A stretch of 64,000 nucleotides of DNA from Pirellulales bacterium (GTDB lineage: Bacteria > Planctomycetota > Planctomycetia > Pirellulales > PALSA-1355). The position numbers and the translations under genes are program-made. Below are positions 50,220-59,923 of the stretch, one piece after another; position 1 is the first letter of the stretch; each line of letters opens with the position of its first letter. The notes under the pieces were generated by a model. It made no database searches, was not told where the DNA came from, and saw nothing but the letters and a program-made list of their open reading frames with translations. The stretch is taken from NCBI GenBank assembly GCA_963733035.1, contig CAVTBU010000005.1:2368001-2432000 (forward strand), written 5' to 3'.

Positions 50220-51401
50220 TCAGAAACCCTGAACCAATTGCACGATCGTTTCATGGCCACGCGCGACGGCAATTTCCAGGGGCGTCTTTCCGTCGCCATC
50301 GCGGACATCTGGATTTGCACCATTCTCTAACAACAGTCGCACCACCTGCGAATGGCCACCGCGCCCCGCCTCGTGAAGCGGGCTGGTGTGACTGTCGACG
50401 GCGTTGGCCAGCTGCGGATCGTCGGCGAGCAGCCGCCGCACGATGAAGTCAAAACCCCAGCTCGCGGCAACGGCAACACCAAACGCTCGCGGCGTGCAAT
50501 GCAGCGTTGCATCGCGCGCCGTGGGATCGGCGCCGGCCTCGAGCAGTTGTCCGATCACCTCTCGCGAGCCGCCGAAATACGCCCAGTGCAACGCGGTGGC
50601 TCCCAGGTACGACCTGAATGACAAGTCCGGCTGCTTTTCGAGCAGATAGCGCACCACTTGAGCGTGGCCGTTGCGGCAGGCCATCGAGAGCGCGTCGGCC
50701 ACCTGCTCCCCCGCGGTCGCCGGTGGAGACGGGAGCCGCGATCCGTCGGCTGCAAATCGGCTGCTGCCGCTGCGCGATTCGCGAATCAACCTGCCTGCCG
50801 AATCGAAGCAAGCGTCCACTTCCTCAAGTGCGCCGAGTCCCGCGGCGCAAAACAAATCGGGCTCGGCTCCGAGCTTGACCAGCGCGCAGGCGCAATCCAG
50901 CGCGCTACAGGTGACCGCCCACGAGAGGGCCGTATGACTTGACTGTCCGAACCTGGCTTCGACGTCGGCTCCATAGGCGACGAGCACCGCGGCAATGTTC
51001 TCGTCGTTGTATCGGGCCGCCAAATGCAGCGGCGTTTGGCCATCCGCCGCCCGCGCAACTGCGAGCGCGGGTCTCTGTGCCACGAGGTTCGCGACCGTCT
51101 GCGCCTGGCCGGCGGCGATCGCAACGAGCAAGGCCGCGAAATCAGGATCGTCAGGAGCGACGACCTCGCCAGCGGCCCGGCTGCGCACGTCGAGCGGTAC
51201 CAGCGCGTCGAGTTTTTCGCGCTGTTTGTCGACGTGTACTTTGAGTTTCTGCCAGCTGGGAAACCCGAACTCGCGTGCTACCGCCAATTGCGCAGCGCTG
51301 AGACGTGCGGTGGGACGTTCGATTCGCAGCTCGTCGAGTCGCTGTTTGCAGAGCTTCTTGAGCCACTCGAGACTGACGCGTAGCGGAAGCGGGCGAGGCA
51401 T
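50220..51401 (-). CDS. Ankyrin-repeat protein with a small N-terminal helical domain
   Basis: GQTPLHLAA, TALSWAV, TALHWAY, SPLHEA, GKTPLEIA repeats; N-terminal LP...SLEWLKK...LSAAQLAVAREFGFPSW.KLK. Confidence 0.9.
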   Translation of the reverse strand: MPRPLPLRVSLEWLKKLCKQRLDELRIERPTARLSAAQLAVAREFGFPSWQKLKVHVDKQREKLDALVPLDVRSRAAGEVVAPDDPDFAALLVAIAAGQAQTVANLVAQRPALAVARAADGQTPLHLAARYNDENIAAVLVAYGADVEARFGQSSHTALSWAVTCSALDCACALVKLGAEPDLFCAAGLGALEEVDACFDSAGRLIRESRSGSSRFAADGSRLPSPPATAGEQVADALSMACRNGHAQVVRYLLEKQPDLSFRSYLGATALHWAYFGGSREVIGQLLEAGADPTARDATLHCTPRAFGVAVAASWGFDFIVRRLLADDPQLANAVDSHTSPLHEAGRGGHSQVVRLLLENGANPDVRDGDGKTPLEIAVARGHETIVQLVQGF

Positions 51402-51527
51402 CAATACACCTTCTTTCAACAGGCCCGGCGTCCGCATCTCACGGGCAGAAAGAAGGTCATCAAAACAGGAGACGTTGACGAGTGGGTTCAACCCTCCACG
51501 CGGACCGTCGGCCGCCCGTCACGGCCA
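51402..51527 (-). ncRNA. Candidate structured cis-regulatory leader RNA (pseudoknot + hairpin + anti-SD)
   Basis: Four helices identified by eye (see findings); lies between a TTGCTC-N17-TAGATT promoter-like sequence (51562-51534) and the ankyrin ATG. Confidence 0.6.
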
Positions 51528-51637
51528 CGCGATAATCTATAGCACGCGCGCAAGGCGAGCAAGGTGCAGGCGATCGGGTCTGTCGGCTTGGGATGGCTGG
51601 GTCGATTTCACGCGTGACGGCCAACAAAGTCGCCCCG

Positions 51638-52993
51638 CTAGAACGGCGCCGACGCTGGCTGCGGAACCTCGCGGGTGCTGGCGTATTGATCGCGATTGGC
51701 GTCCCACCACTTGCGCCATTTTTCGTAGGCGCTCTCGCAACTTGCCCACGGCTGAGATTGCCAGGCCACGGGTTGAATCCCCTGATTGCGACCGGTGAGC
51801 CGCTCGAGTCCCCGCGCGGCATGGAACCGCACGTCGGCGCCAGCGTCGGTCAATAGCGCGATCAGGTCGGCAATCCAGCGCGGTTGCGCCACGTCGGCCA
51901 CGATCCGCGCCGCGGTGGCTCGTTGGGGAGTGTTCGGCGTGGCGCGGGTCGACTCCAAATAAGCCAATAGCGGCGGCACGGCGCTATCGCCCAGCCGGCG
52001 GAGTTCGTCTTCGTAAAGCAGCGACAACTTCGCCGCGCCGACATTGGCCAACAACCGATCGACGCGCTCGACCAGCTCCGGATTCTTCGAGCCGCGCAGC
52101 GCCAGCACACCGTTGACCCAAGCCGTTTCCAAGAGTGCGTCGCGCGGCTGCGGATCGGCTTCAACTTTTCCACGGACAATGCGCACCTGTTTGCCGGCGC
52201 CGACCTCCACCGACTCACTGCCGGCCTCGACATTCACCGCGCCGCCGATGACGATCAGGCGTACCGCTGGCGGCTGACATTCGAGAGCCACTTCGGCTGC
52301 CTGTTTCGCCACGATCGTGCAGCCGGCCGTCGGAAATTCGAGACCGCTCGGGCCAGGTTGAATGCGAGACCAGAGACGTCCTTGTTTGACTTCGACCACT
52401 TTAGGCCTGCGGAGCGTGACTTCGGTATTGCGGTCGAGCCGCAGCGCGTTGCCGCCTGCCAGCGCGATTTCGCATTGTGCGGTCGGACCGGTGCGGATCA
52501 CCGAATCGCGCTGGATCGGTGTGGCCGGCTGACAGGTAAACGCGGGAATTTGACTGGCCGCCCGCACCTCGACCGGCGCCGACGCGACGGCCAGACGCGC
52601 AATCGGTTCGAATGCGGCTGACCGTGCCGGGACAAGGGTCTTGGATTGCCAGGGGCGAAGCAAAGCGACCGCCAGCAAAAACCCCGCGGCCGTGGCCAAC
52701 AATATCTGCCCCCAGGCCGGGCGCGCGGCCGGAGGTGCGGGCAGAGCACGCGACACGGGAATGTCACTCGAGGCGCGCACCATGGCCACGGCACGCTTGG
52801 CCATCCGCTCGGCCGCCTCGCGCCGCGGGACAAACGCGCACCGCAGTTCGACGTCGATGGTTCGCAGGCCCTCGGCCGCCTCGCGGCACTGCCAGCATGC
52901 GGCCAGATGCGCATTGAGCCCGGCTTCGGCCTCGGCGGAAAGTTCACCGTCGTTGCGGGCGTTGAGTTGGTTCAGAAATTCTTCGCAGTGCAT
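51638..52993 (-). CDS. Anti-sigma factor: zf-HC2 + TM + FecR-like + HEAT-repeat domains
   Basis: C...HLAACWQC; TM helix; LRLDRNTEV, VKQGRLW; C-terminal LIALLTD...VRFHAARGLERLTG. Confidence 0.85.
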   Translation of the reverse strand: MHCEEFLNQLNARNDGELSAEAEAGLNAHLAACWQCREAAEGLRTIDVELRCAFVPRREAAERMAKRAVAMVRASSDIPVSRALPAPPAARPAWGQILLATAAGFLLAVALLRPWQSKTLVPARSAAFEPIARLAVASAPVEVRAASQIPAFTCQPATPIQRDSVIRTGPTAQCEIALAGGNALRLDRNTEVTLRRPKVVEVKQGRLWSRIQPGPSGLEFPTAGCTIVAKQAAEVALECQPPAVRLIVIGGAVNVEAGSESVEVGAGKQVRIVRGKVEADPQPRDALLETAWVNGVLALRGSKNPELVERVDRLLANVGAAKLSLLYEDELRRLGDSAVPPLLAYLESTRATPNTPQRATAARIVADVAQPRWIADLIALLTDAGADVRFHAARGLERLTGRNQGIQPVAWQSQPWASCESAYEKWRKWWDANRDQYASTREVPQPASAPF

Positions 52994-52999
52994 GGGGTT

Positions 53000-53556
53000 T
53001 TACCTCTGCATCCCGCTAAGCCGCTCTCGGAGCATGGCCCGGGCTTTGGTCAGGCGCGCGTTGATCGTCGCGGCCGAAACGCCCAGCGCGGTTGCCAGGT
53101 CCTGGTAGGTAACGTCATCGTAATAGTACATGAGGATCACTTCGCGAAATGGTTCCGGCAGCGTGGCGACTTCCGCCAGCAGCCGTCGCTCGTCGTCGGC
53201 CTGCGCCGCCGCCTCATCGGGCGTTGGGCCGTGGCGCGCAACCCACTGGTCGGCACGTCCATCGGTGAGTGCATCGAGCGATACTTGCTGGGCCTGGCCG
53301 CATTTCAGTCGGTCGAGGCAGACGCGCGAGGCAATGCCGCACAGCCAGGGACCGAACTTGGCGGGATCTTCCAGCGTGGCAATCGAGCGCAATCCGCGCA
53401 GCAGGGCCTCTTCGCGCATTCTTCGGCGGTGTGCGACGAGCGAGCGCGGGCATGGCAGATCGCCAGCACGCGCGCCGACCAGCGGCGCACCAGTGTCTCG
53501 TACGCAGCCAGTTGGCCCCCCTGCACCAGGCAGACCAGGTCGCTGTCTGACGACAT
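53000..53556 (-). CDS. ECF RNA polymerase sigma factor, one frameshift near 53415
   Basis: MSSDSDLV...AYETLVRRW...HTAEE joins EALLRGLRSI..L.DP.KFGPWL.GIA; region 4 LPEPFREVI...TYQDLA..LGVS..TINARL.KAR. Confidence 0.88.
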
Positions 53557-53754
53557 CCGCTTTGCTCCAGGTTGTCGCGGCCCGGTTCCGTGCCGCGCTC
53601 TCTTGATTGTAATGACGAGCGACCGGCGCACGTTATTAGTCGCGCCCGAAAAAAACTCGCGGGCCGCCATATTAACTCGTGCCGCCAACGCTACGAAATG
53701 GTGGGCGACACTCGTTGCATGGCACTCGATGAATTTGACACGGAGTTAATAACC

Positions 53755-55053
53755 ATGAACCGGAAAACGCGGACGATTTGGGCCAGTGCACTTGCCGCCG
53801 GATGCCTGGTGGTCTCCGTCAGCTTGCTACCTGGTTTGCTACAGGGGGGCGACTCGCGAAATGCTCTGCCGACACAAAAGACATTGCCCTCGGATAAGCT
53901 GGTCGTACACGAATGGGGCACCTTTACCAGCTTCTCCGGCAGCGACGGCGTCAACCTCGACTTCCGCCCGCTGGTGACGAGCGATCTGCCGCCGTTCGTC
54001 GAAAGACCGTCTTCGTGGCTGGCGAAGGATCGGGTTGTTGCCCAGCAGCGGATGGAGACGCCGGTCACGTACTTCTACACGGACGTACCGCGGACGGTAA
54101 ACGTGCGCGTCGATTTTCCCCAGGGGCTGCTGACCGAATGGTATCCCAGGGCAAAGCGGTTCGACGCCAGCGGTCAGAACCCCTTGAGCCTAGGGGGGCG
54201 TGCGTTCGTGGATTGGGGTCCCGTGCGCCTGACGCCGCCCGGGCAATTTGCAGACGTGCGTGTCCGCCTTCCCAAAGGGCAGATCGCGCCGGCTTCGCTG
54301 CCGCCAGTCGACGCTGGACACCACTACGGGCGGGCCCGCGAAACGGACTCGGCGATCGTCGAGACGGTCGACTGGAATCACATCAGCCACTTCGAAAAGT
54401 TCCTGTTCTACCGGGGCGTGGGGAATTTTGAGCTGCCGATCAAGCTGGTCGCGCTGGGGGGCGATCGCTTTGAAGTGACAAACTCGGGGGCAGAGGCCAG
54501 CGGCTCGCTGTTTCTGATGCGCGTCGACGGGCGGCGCGTTCGCTTCGCAAGCATCGAGTCGGTTGGCCCGCGGTCCACCCTCGAAGTCGAGCTGCCAAGC
54601 GTCAATTCAACGGTGTATCAGCTCGCCGACGCGGTGACCGACGCACTGGTGGCCACGGGTCTTTTTGATAAGGAAGCCTTGGCAATGGTGAACACGTGGC
54701 GCGGCAGTTGGTTTGGAGAAAACGGCACGCGGCTGCTGTACCTCATATCGAGCAAGGAAACCGACAAGCTGCTGCCGCTTTCGATCGAACCTGTACCCGA
54801 CGAATGCCTGCGCGTGCTCGTGGGCCGCCTGGAAACGCTCACGCCGGACGATTGCCAGAGGCTGACGAACCAGCTGGTGGGCGTGGTCGGCAACCGACCT
54901 TCGGCCGAGGAAGTTCAAAAGCACCTGACATCGCTCGGCCGATTTGCCGAACCGGCGGTTGCGTTTATCGCCAGCCAAACTGGCGACACCGAGACGCGCA
55001 CCTCGCTGGATTCCATCCTGGCGAAGGTTCGCGGAAAAACCAATGCAAGGTAG
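53755..55053 (+). CDS. Secreted hypothetical protein with HEWGTFT motif
   Basis: GGAG RBS; signal peptide; VVHEWGTFTS, RMETPVTYFY, GLLTEWYP, EKFLFYRG.G, GLF.KEA.AMV.TW. Confidence 0.8.
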   Translation: MNRKTRTIWASALAAGCLVVSVSLLPGLLQGGDSRNALPTQKTLPSDKLVVHEWGTFTSFSGSDGVNLDFRPLVTSDLPPFVERPSSWLAKDRVVAQQRMETPVTYFYTDVPRTVNVRVDFPQGLLTEWYPRAKRFDASGQNPLSLGGRAFVDWGPVRLTPPGQFADVRVRLPKGQIAPASLPPVDAGHHYGRARETDSAIVETVDWNHISHFEKFLFYRGVGNFELPIKLVALGGDRFEVTNSGAEASGSLFLMRVDGRRVRFASIESVGPRSTLEVELPSVNSTVYQLADAVTDALVATGLFDKEALAMVNTWRGSWFGENGTRLLYLISSKETDKLLPLSIEPVPDECLRVLVGRLETLTPDDCQRLTNQLVGVVGNRPSAEEVQKHLTSLGRFAEPAVAFIASQTGDTETRTSLDSILAKVRGKTNAR

Positions 55054-55231
55054 TCGGAGAGCAGACGGCCTACCAGTCGGCCGTTGTGCTGCGCCGCAAT
55101 AGAACGGGCCGCGGCAACCGACGACCTGCCTGAGGGCGCTGGCCTGCGCACGACTTGCTTGCCAAGTCGACGCAGGCGGCGCCTGGGCACGCCAAGCCAT
55201 GCAAACGTACCCGAAGTTCGCGCAGCGTGCC

Positions 55232-56014
55232 CTACGAATGCGCGCCCAGGACTTGCTGGTCGAAGTCGATGATCGCGCCGGTCATCAGTCCCGAGCGGTC
55301 GGACAACAGGAACGCGACGACTCGGGCGACTTCGGCTGGTTTGACCAGGCGACCCAACGGCTGGGCGCGTTCAGCTTCTTTTAGCCAGCCGGGCTCGGCT
55401 TGATGAAAGCGCTGCTGCACCGCATCTTCACCCGGCGTATCCATCCAGCCGAGGTTCAGGCCGTTGACGCGGATGTGATTGTCCAGCACCGAGTTGGCAA
55501 CGTTCTTCGTCAGCGTGACCAGCGCGCCCTTCGACATCGAATACGGCGTGAGGAACGGCTGGCCGCCGTGGCTTGACATGCTGAGGATATTGACGATCGA
55601 GCCGCAAATCTTTCGCTCGAGCATCAGCTTCAAGGCGCCTTGCATCAGAAAGAAAGGAGCCCGCACGTTCAGCGCCACGATGCGATCGAACAGTTCTGGC
55701 GAACTGTCCAGGATCGTCCCCCGTTCGCTGGTGGCCGCGCTGTTGACGAGGTAGTCGATGCGATCGAACGTCCGCCACGTGTGCTCAATCACGCGGCGGC
55801 AATCCTCGACTCGCATCAAATCGGCCGGCACGAACTCGGTGCGGCACCCCGGCGTCGTCAACTCTTCCGCCAGGCGACGCCCCCTGTCCTTGTTTCGGCC
55901 GCAAATCACCAGGCCGCTGACCATCTTCTCGGCGATCAGCTCTCGCGCAATGGCTTCACCAAGTCCCTGGGTGCTGCCGGTCACCACTGCGACTTTCTGG
56001 GGAAGTTCTGACAT
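55232..56014 (-). CDS. Short-chain dehydrogenase/reductase
   Basis: TGSTQGLG, LVNSAA, YSMSK (YxxxK). Confidence 0.93.
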   Translation of the reverse strand: MSELPQKVAVVTGSTQGLGEAIARELIAEKMVSGLVICGRNKDRGRRLAEELTTPGCRTEFVPADLMRVEDCRRVIEHTWRTFDRIDYLVNSAATSERGTILDSSPELFDRIVALNVRAPFFLMQGALKLMLERKICGSIVNILSMSSHGGQPFLTPYSMSKGALVTLTKNVANSVLDNHIRVNGLNLGWMDTPGEDAVQQRFHQAEPGWLKEAERAQPLGRLVKPAEVARVVAFLLSDRSGLMTGAIIDFDQQVLGAHS

Positions 56015-56127
56015 CGAATCGAAACCTCAGACAAAAACTGGATCACCCAGGGAGTCATTCTAGCCGATTCCCTTCGCGAAGGCCCAACATGCCGTAGCGA
56101 TCCGGATGAATCGGTGTCGCTTCGGCG

Positions 56128-56757
56128 TCACCCCTGAAATGACTTGCCGAGATACACCGTTCCCGAAGTTGACGTGCCTGTGCGGGCAAGTTCGTGGAAT
56201 CCCAGTCGCTCGTAGAAGCCCAGGGCCGGGGTGTTGAGAACGCTGACCGCTAGGTGCGCGCCCGGGGAGTCTCGCTCACGGAGCCTGTCCATGAGTTGTT
56301 CCATCATCCGGCGGCCGATACCCTGGCCGCGGGCTCGTTCGAGCAAGTCGATGTGCATGTGCGACGGGTAAGACGCATACGGTTCGGGGCAGAAATACTC
56401 GGGATGATGATACTGATGATGGACGGCCTGCGCTCGCGTCCAAGTGGTCGGCTCGCCGGTCGGCCGTGGAAACTGCTCGCAAAGTTTTGGCCGCCACTCG
56501 TGTTCGTAGCGCGCATAGAACGCATGCGAGTCGAGCGCCGCCAGGGCATAGCCGCACACGCCTTGGTTGTCTTCCACCACCAGACTCAAGTCGGGCTCGA
56601 AGGCTAGATATGGGCCGACATAGATTCGACCCAACGCCTCGGGGTCGTCGCGATAAAAAGGTTCGCCATCGCGGCCATGGTCGCCGGTCTTGAGGCAGAC
56701 ATAGTAGGCCGCGGATTGATCCTCGGTCCGAGCGCGGCGAATGGTGAAGTCGGACAT
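56128..56757 (-). CDS. GNAT family acetyltransferase
   Basis: VCLKTGD.G, HMHIDLLERARGQGIG (acetyl-CoA motif A), N..ALGFYERLGF. Confidence 0.9.
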   Translation of the reverse strand: MSDFTIRRARTEDQSAAYYVCLKTGDHGRDGEPFYRDDPEALGRIYVGPYLAFEPDLSLVVEDNQGVCGYALAALDSHAFYARYEHEWRPKLCEQFPRPTGEPTTWTRAQAVHHQYHHPEYFCPEPYASYPSHMHIDLLERARGQGIGRRMMEQLMDRLRERDSPGAHLAVSVLNTPALGFYERLGFHELARTGTSTSGTVYLGKSFQG

Positions 56758-56773
56758 GAAGTCGGTCGGTTCG

Positions 56774-58109
56774 CTACAACAATTCCAGAAGCGGCTCGCG
56801 GTCGTCAAGCACGAATTGCGGGCGGCCGTTGTAGTCGAGGATCGTTGTGGCCGGATCGATGCCCAACTGATGGTAGACCGTGGCCAGCACGCTCTTCATG
56901 CCAATCGGTTTGCCGATCACTTTTTCGCCCCGCGAATCGGTGGCGCCGACGATCTGTCCGGTACGCAGTCCGCCGCCGGCCAACCACAGGAAACCGGCCT
57001 CGGGCCAGTGGCCGCGGCCGTCGGGTGTCTGATCGCCAATGCGCGGCGTGCGACCGAATTCGCCTCCCATCACAATCAGCACGTCGTCGAGCAGGCCGCG
57101 CTCGTCCAAGTCCGTTATCAAGGCGTAAAGCGCCTGGTCCAGCGGCGGCAACATGGCGCGCAACGCGGAAAAATTGGAGGCGTGCGTGTCCCAGCCGTGC
57201 ACGCCGACGGTCACCACGGATACTCCCGCCTCGATCAGCCGCCGCGCAAGTAGCAGCGAGGGTCCCGGGTGCGGGCCGTGATGGTACTTGCCCTCGCCAT
57301 AGCGCGCGGACCTGCGGCGACTCCTTGGCGCTGTCGAACGCGTCGCGCACTTGCGTCGAGGCAATGATCTCAATCGCCCGGGCCCGGAAGCGGTCGACCT
57401 CGCGGGCCGCGCCAATTTCCAGCCGGCGGCGTACGTCGTCGAGCGCGGCCAACAGGGCGCGACGATCGGATAGACGTTCGATGGAAACGTTCTGGTTGCG
57501 GCCCATGTCGTCGACGGCCTCGGGCGGGCTCGCAGATCCGACGCGAAACGGCTCGTGTTCAACGCCAGCGTAATAGGCACGCTCCCAATCGTGGTGATTC
57601 TCGATGCTCACGTAGCGGGGCAAATCGTTGGTGCCGGGCCGCAACAAACTGACAACCGAACCAACGGCCGGCCGCTGGGCCTCGCCCGGCACCGAAGCGC
57701 GCGGCGACTCCTGCCACGGAAATCCACTGTAGAACATGTTGCCCGTGTGCAGGTTGGCCACTTGCACTCCGCGGAGAATGGCGAACTTGTCGGCCACCTT
57801 GGCTTGCAGCGGCATGAGCTCGCAGATCTCAATCCCCGGAACCATCGTTCGGATGGGGCGGAACTCGCCGCGATATTCGGCCGGCGCCAGCGGCTTCATG
57901 TCATACATGTCCAGGTGCGACGGCCCGCCGCTCAAATGGATCATGATGACCGACGTCGGTCGGCGCTGACTGGACGCCGCGGCAGCTCGCTGACGCAATA
58001 GCTCGGGCAGCGCGAGTCCGCCCAGCGCGAGCGTGCCAACGCGGAGAAAACAGCGACGGCTGACACCGTCGCGCGAGTCGTTGGCAACAGGATGCGTTAT
58101 CGTGAGCAT
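56774..58109 (-). CDS. DUF1501 family protein (Tat-like signal), one frameshift near 57303
   Basis: SRRCFL; LSGGPSHLDMYDMKP; ARRLIEAGV, WDTH, GEFGRTP, GRGHW in the second frame. Confidence 0.9.
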
Positions 58110-58338
58110 GGCTTCGCCTCGACAACATTTGTTCCGATGCAAACCAACCCGGACGGTGATTCTAAAGCCTGCGAATCGAAACCGTCAATCTTCGCGCCAT
58201 TCGGCGACACAGTGATCAGGCGTACTTGAAGTGACGTCGGTGCTGACCATTTCCTGTCCAGGCGAGAAAGCGTCTCACTGGCCTGAACTTGAGGCTGATT
58301 GCGCCGCAAAAACCATCTCGCGGCGACGCGCGAATTCC

Positions 58339-59331
58339 TTACGGCTTCAACACGATCTTGCCCGCTAGCGTGCCGGCTTTGTGGATGGTGTTTTCTTCTT
58401 GCAGGCGGTGGGCGGCGGCGGCTTCTTCGAGCGGCATCACGCGGTCAACGTTCGCCTTCAGCTTGCCGGCGGCGTGCCAGCGGTTAATGTCGTCGGCGGC
58501 GGCCTGCTGTTCCTGCGGCATCGCGTTGAACATCGCAAAGCCGTGCAGCGAGCAGCCCTTCACGTAAAAAGGTCCCACCGGAAACGGCGGCCGCGCATCA
58601 CGTCCGGCCATCAGCACCATCCGGCCCCGCTGCGCGAGCAATCCGATCGTGCGGTCGAACTCTGGCTCGCGCAAGGTTTCCCACCACAGGTTGATGCCTT
58701 GCGGGGCAAACTCCTTGATCCGCGCGTCGACGTCCTCTTCCTTGTAGTTAATCGCCAGATCGGCCCCCAATTCGCGGCAAAGGTTCACCTTCTCGGGCGT
58801 GCCGGCCGTGGTGACCACGCGGGCGCCGATGGCCTTTGCCATCTGCAACACGGCCGAACCAACGCCGCCGGACCCGCCGTTGACAAACACCGTTTCGCCG
58901 GCGGCAAGCCTGGCGTCGCGCACCAGGCCCAGGTGGGCCGTGATGCCGACCAGCGCCAGCGCCACGGCGGTTTCGCTGTTGACTTCCGGCGGCGTGGCAT
59001 AGAGCCATTGTTCCTCGACCAGCGCGTAGTCGGCGAACGTGCCTTGCCGGCCCAGCAGCCCCTGGTTCGAACCCCACACGCGGTCGCCCCGTTTGAACCG
59101 CGTGACCGCCGGGCCGGCGGCCTCGACCGTGCCGGCCACGTCGCAGCCGATGATGTACGGGATCGGCAGCGGCATTGTGACCATGCCGCTCCGCACGTAG
59201 GTATCGATGGGATTGACGTCGACCGCCTCGACGCGCACAAGCACTTGCGAATCCGTCGGTTTTGGCTGCGGCAATTCTTCGATGCGAATAACTTCCGGCG
59301 GACCGGTGTGTCTGATCACGGCGGCTCGCAT
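58339..59331 (-). CDS. NADPH:quinone reductase (zeta-crystallin/MDR family)
   Basis: VNPIDTYVRSG, GGSGGVG, GKIVL; AAGGAG RBS. Confidence 0.92.
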   Translation of the reverse strand: MRAAVIRHTGPPEVIRIEELPQPKPTDSQVLVRVEAVDVNPIDTYVRSGMVTMPLPIPYIIGCDVAGTVEAAGPAVTRFKRGDRVWGSNQGLLGRQGTFADYALVEEQWLYATPPEVNSETAVALALVGITAHLGLVRDARLAAGETVFVNGGSGGVGSAVLQMAKAIGARVVTTAGTPEKVNLCRELGADLAINYKEEDVDARIKEFAPQGINLWWETLREPEFDRTIGLLAQRGRMVLMAGRDARPPFPVGPFYVKGCSLHGFAMFNAMPQEQQAAADDINRWHAAGKLKANVDRVMPLEEAAAAHRLQEENTIHKAGTLAGKIVLKP

Positions 59332-59361
59332 GCATGAATCTCCTTTTGCTGAAGCGAAGCG

Positions 59362-59874
59362 TTAGCGCCGAGCCCGAGGACGGTTGAACAGCACGATGCC
59401 GGCGCAGCCCAGGGCGGCCACGCCAAGCGCGAGCACGATGCCCATGCCCCACAGCATCATTTGCCGGATTTTGAGGACGGCATGCAAGTCATTTCGATTG
59501 CCCAGGCGACCGGTAGCCGCCTCTTTGTGGATCAACATTAGCTCGCCGGGGGCCGCGGCATCGACGGCCACATTGAACTCCTCATTGGTCGGCTGCACGA
59601 TCTGGGCCGGTAGCGAAGCCCACAAATAGATCGCCACGCCCACGCAAGTCAGCGCGCCGAGCACGAGCAGAAATGCGACCCGGTGTCGATCGTCCCAACT
59701 CTCGGCTTTGGCATCGCCGGCAGTGGCCCGCTCAAGCGGCTCCAATTCTTGCAGCCCGCGCATCGTCGGCACTTGCAGTTCGTTGCCGCAAACGCAACGA
59801 ACCGTTTCGCCCGCCTGCGCGGTCGATACGATCGTATGTTCTCCGCACTCGCACGGCAGCAAATACTCAGGCAT
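59362..59874 (-). CDS. Zinc-ribbon membrane protein
   Basis: YLLPCECG...QAGETVRCVCG..LQVPTMR plus two TM segments. Confidence 0.78.
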   Translation of the reverse strand: MPEYLLPCECGEHTIVSTAQAGETVRCVCGNELQVPTMRGLQELEPLERATAGDAKAESWDDRHRVAFLLVLGALTCVGVAIYLWASLPAQIVQPTNEEFNVAVDAAAPGELMLIHKEAATGRLGNRNDLHAVLKIRQMMLWGMGIVLALGVAALGCAGIVLFNRPRARR

Positions 59875-59923
59875 TCGTTCGCTCAACTGATAATGTCTTG
59901 GGCCGCCGCCAGCGGGATCAGCG

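Noticed and set aside
51402..51527. HDV-like ribozyme or known riboswitch identity for the leader
   Set aside because: The helix order partly fits a pseudoknot, but there is no P4 or J4/2 catalytic C (only GAG between the 3' arms), and I recognise no consensus of a known riboswitch class
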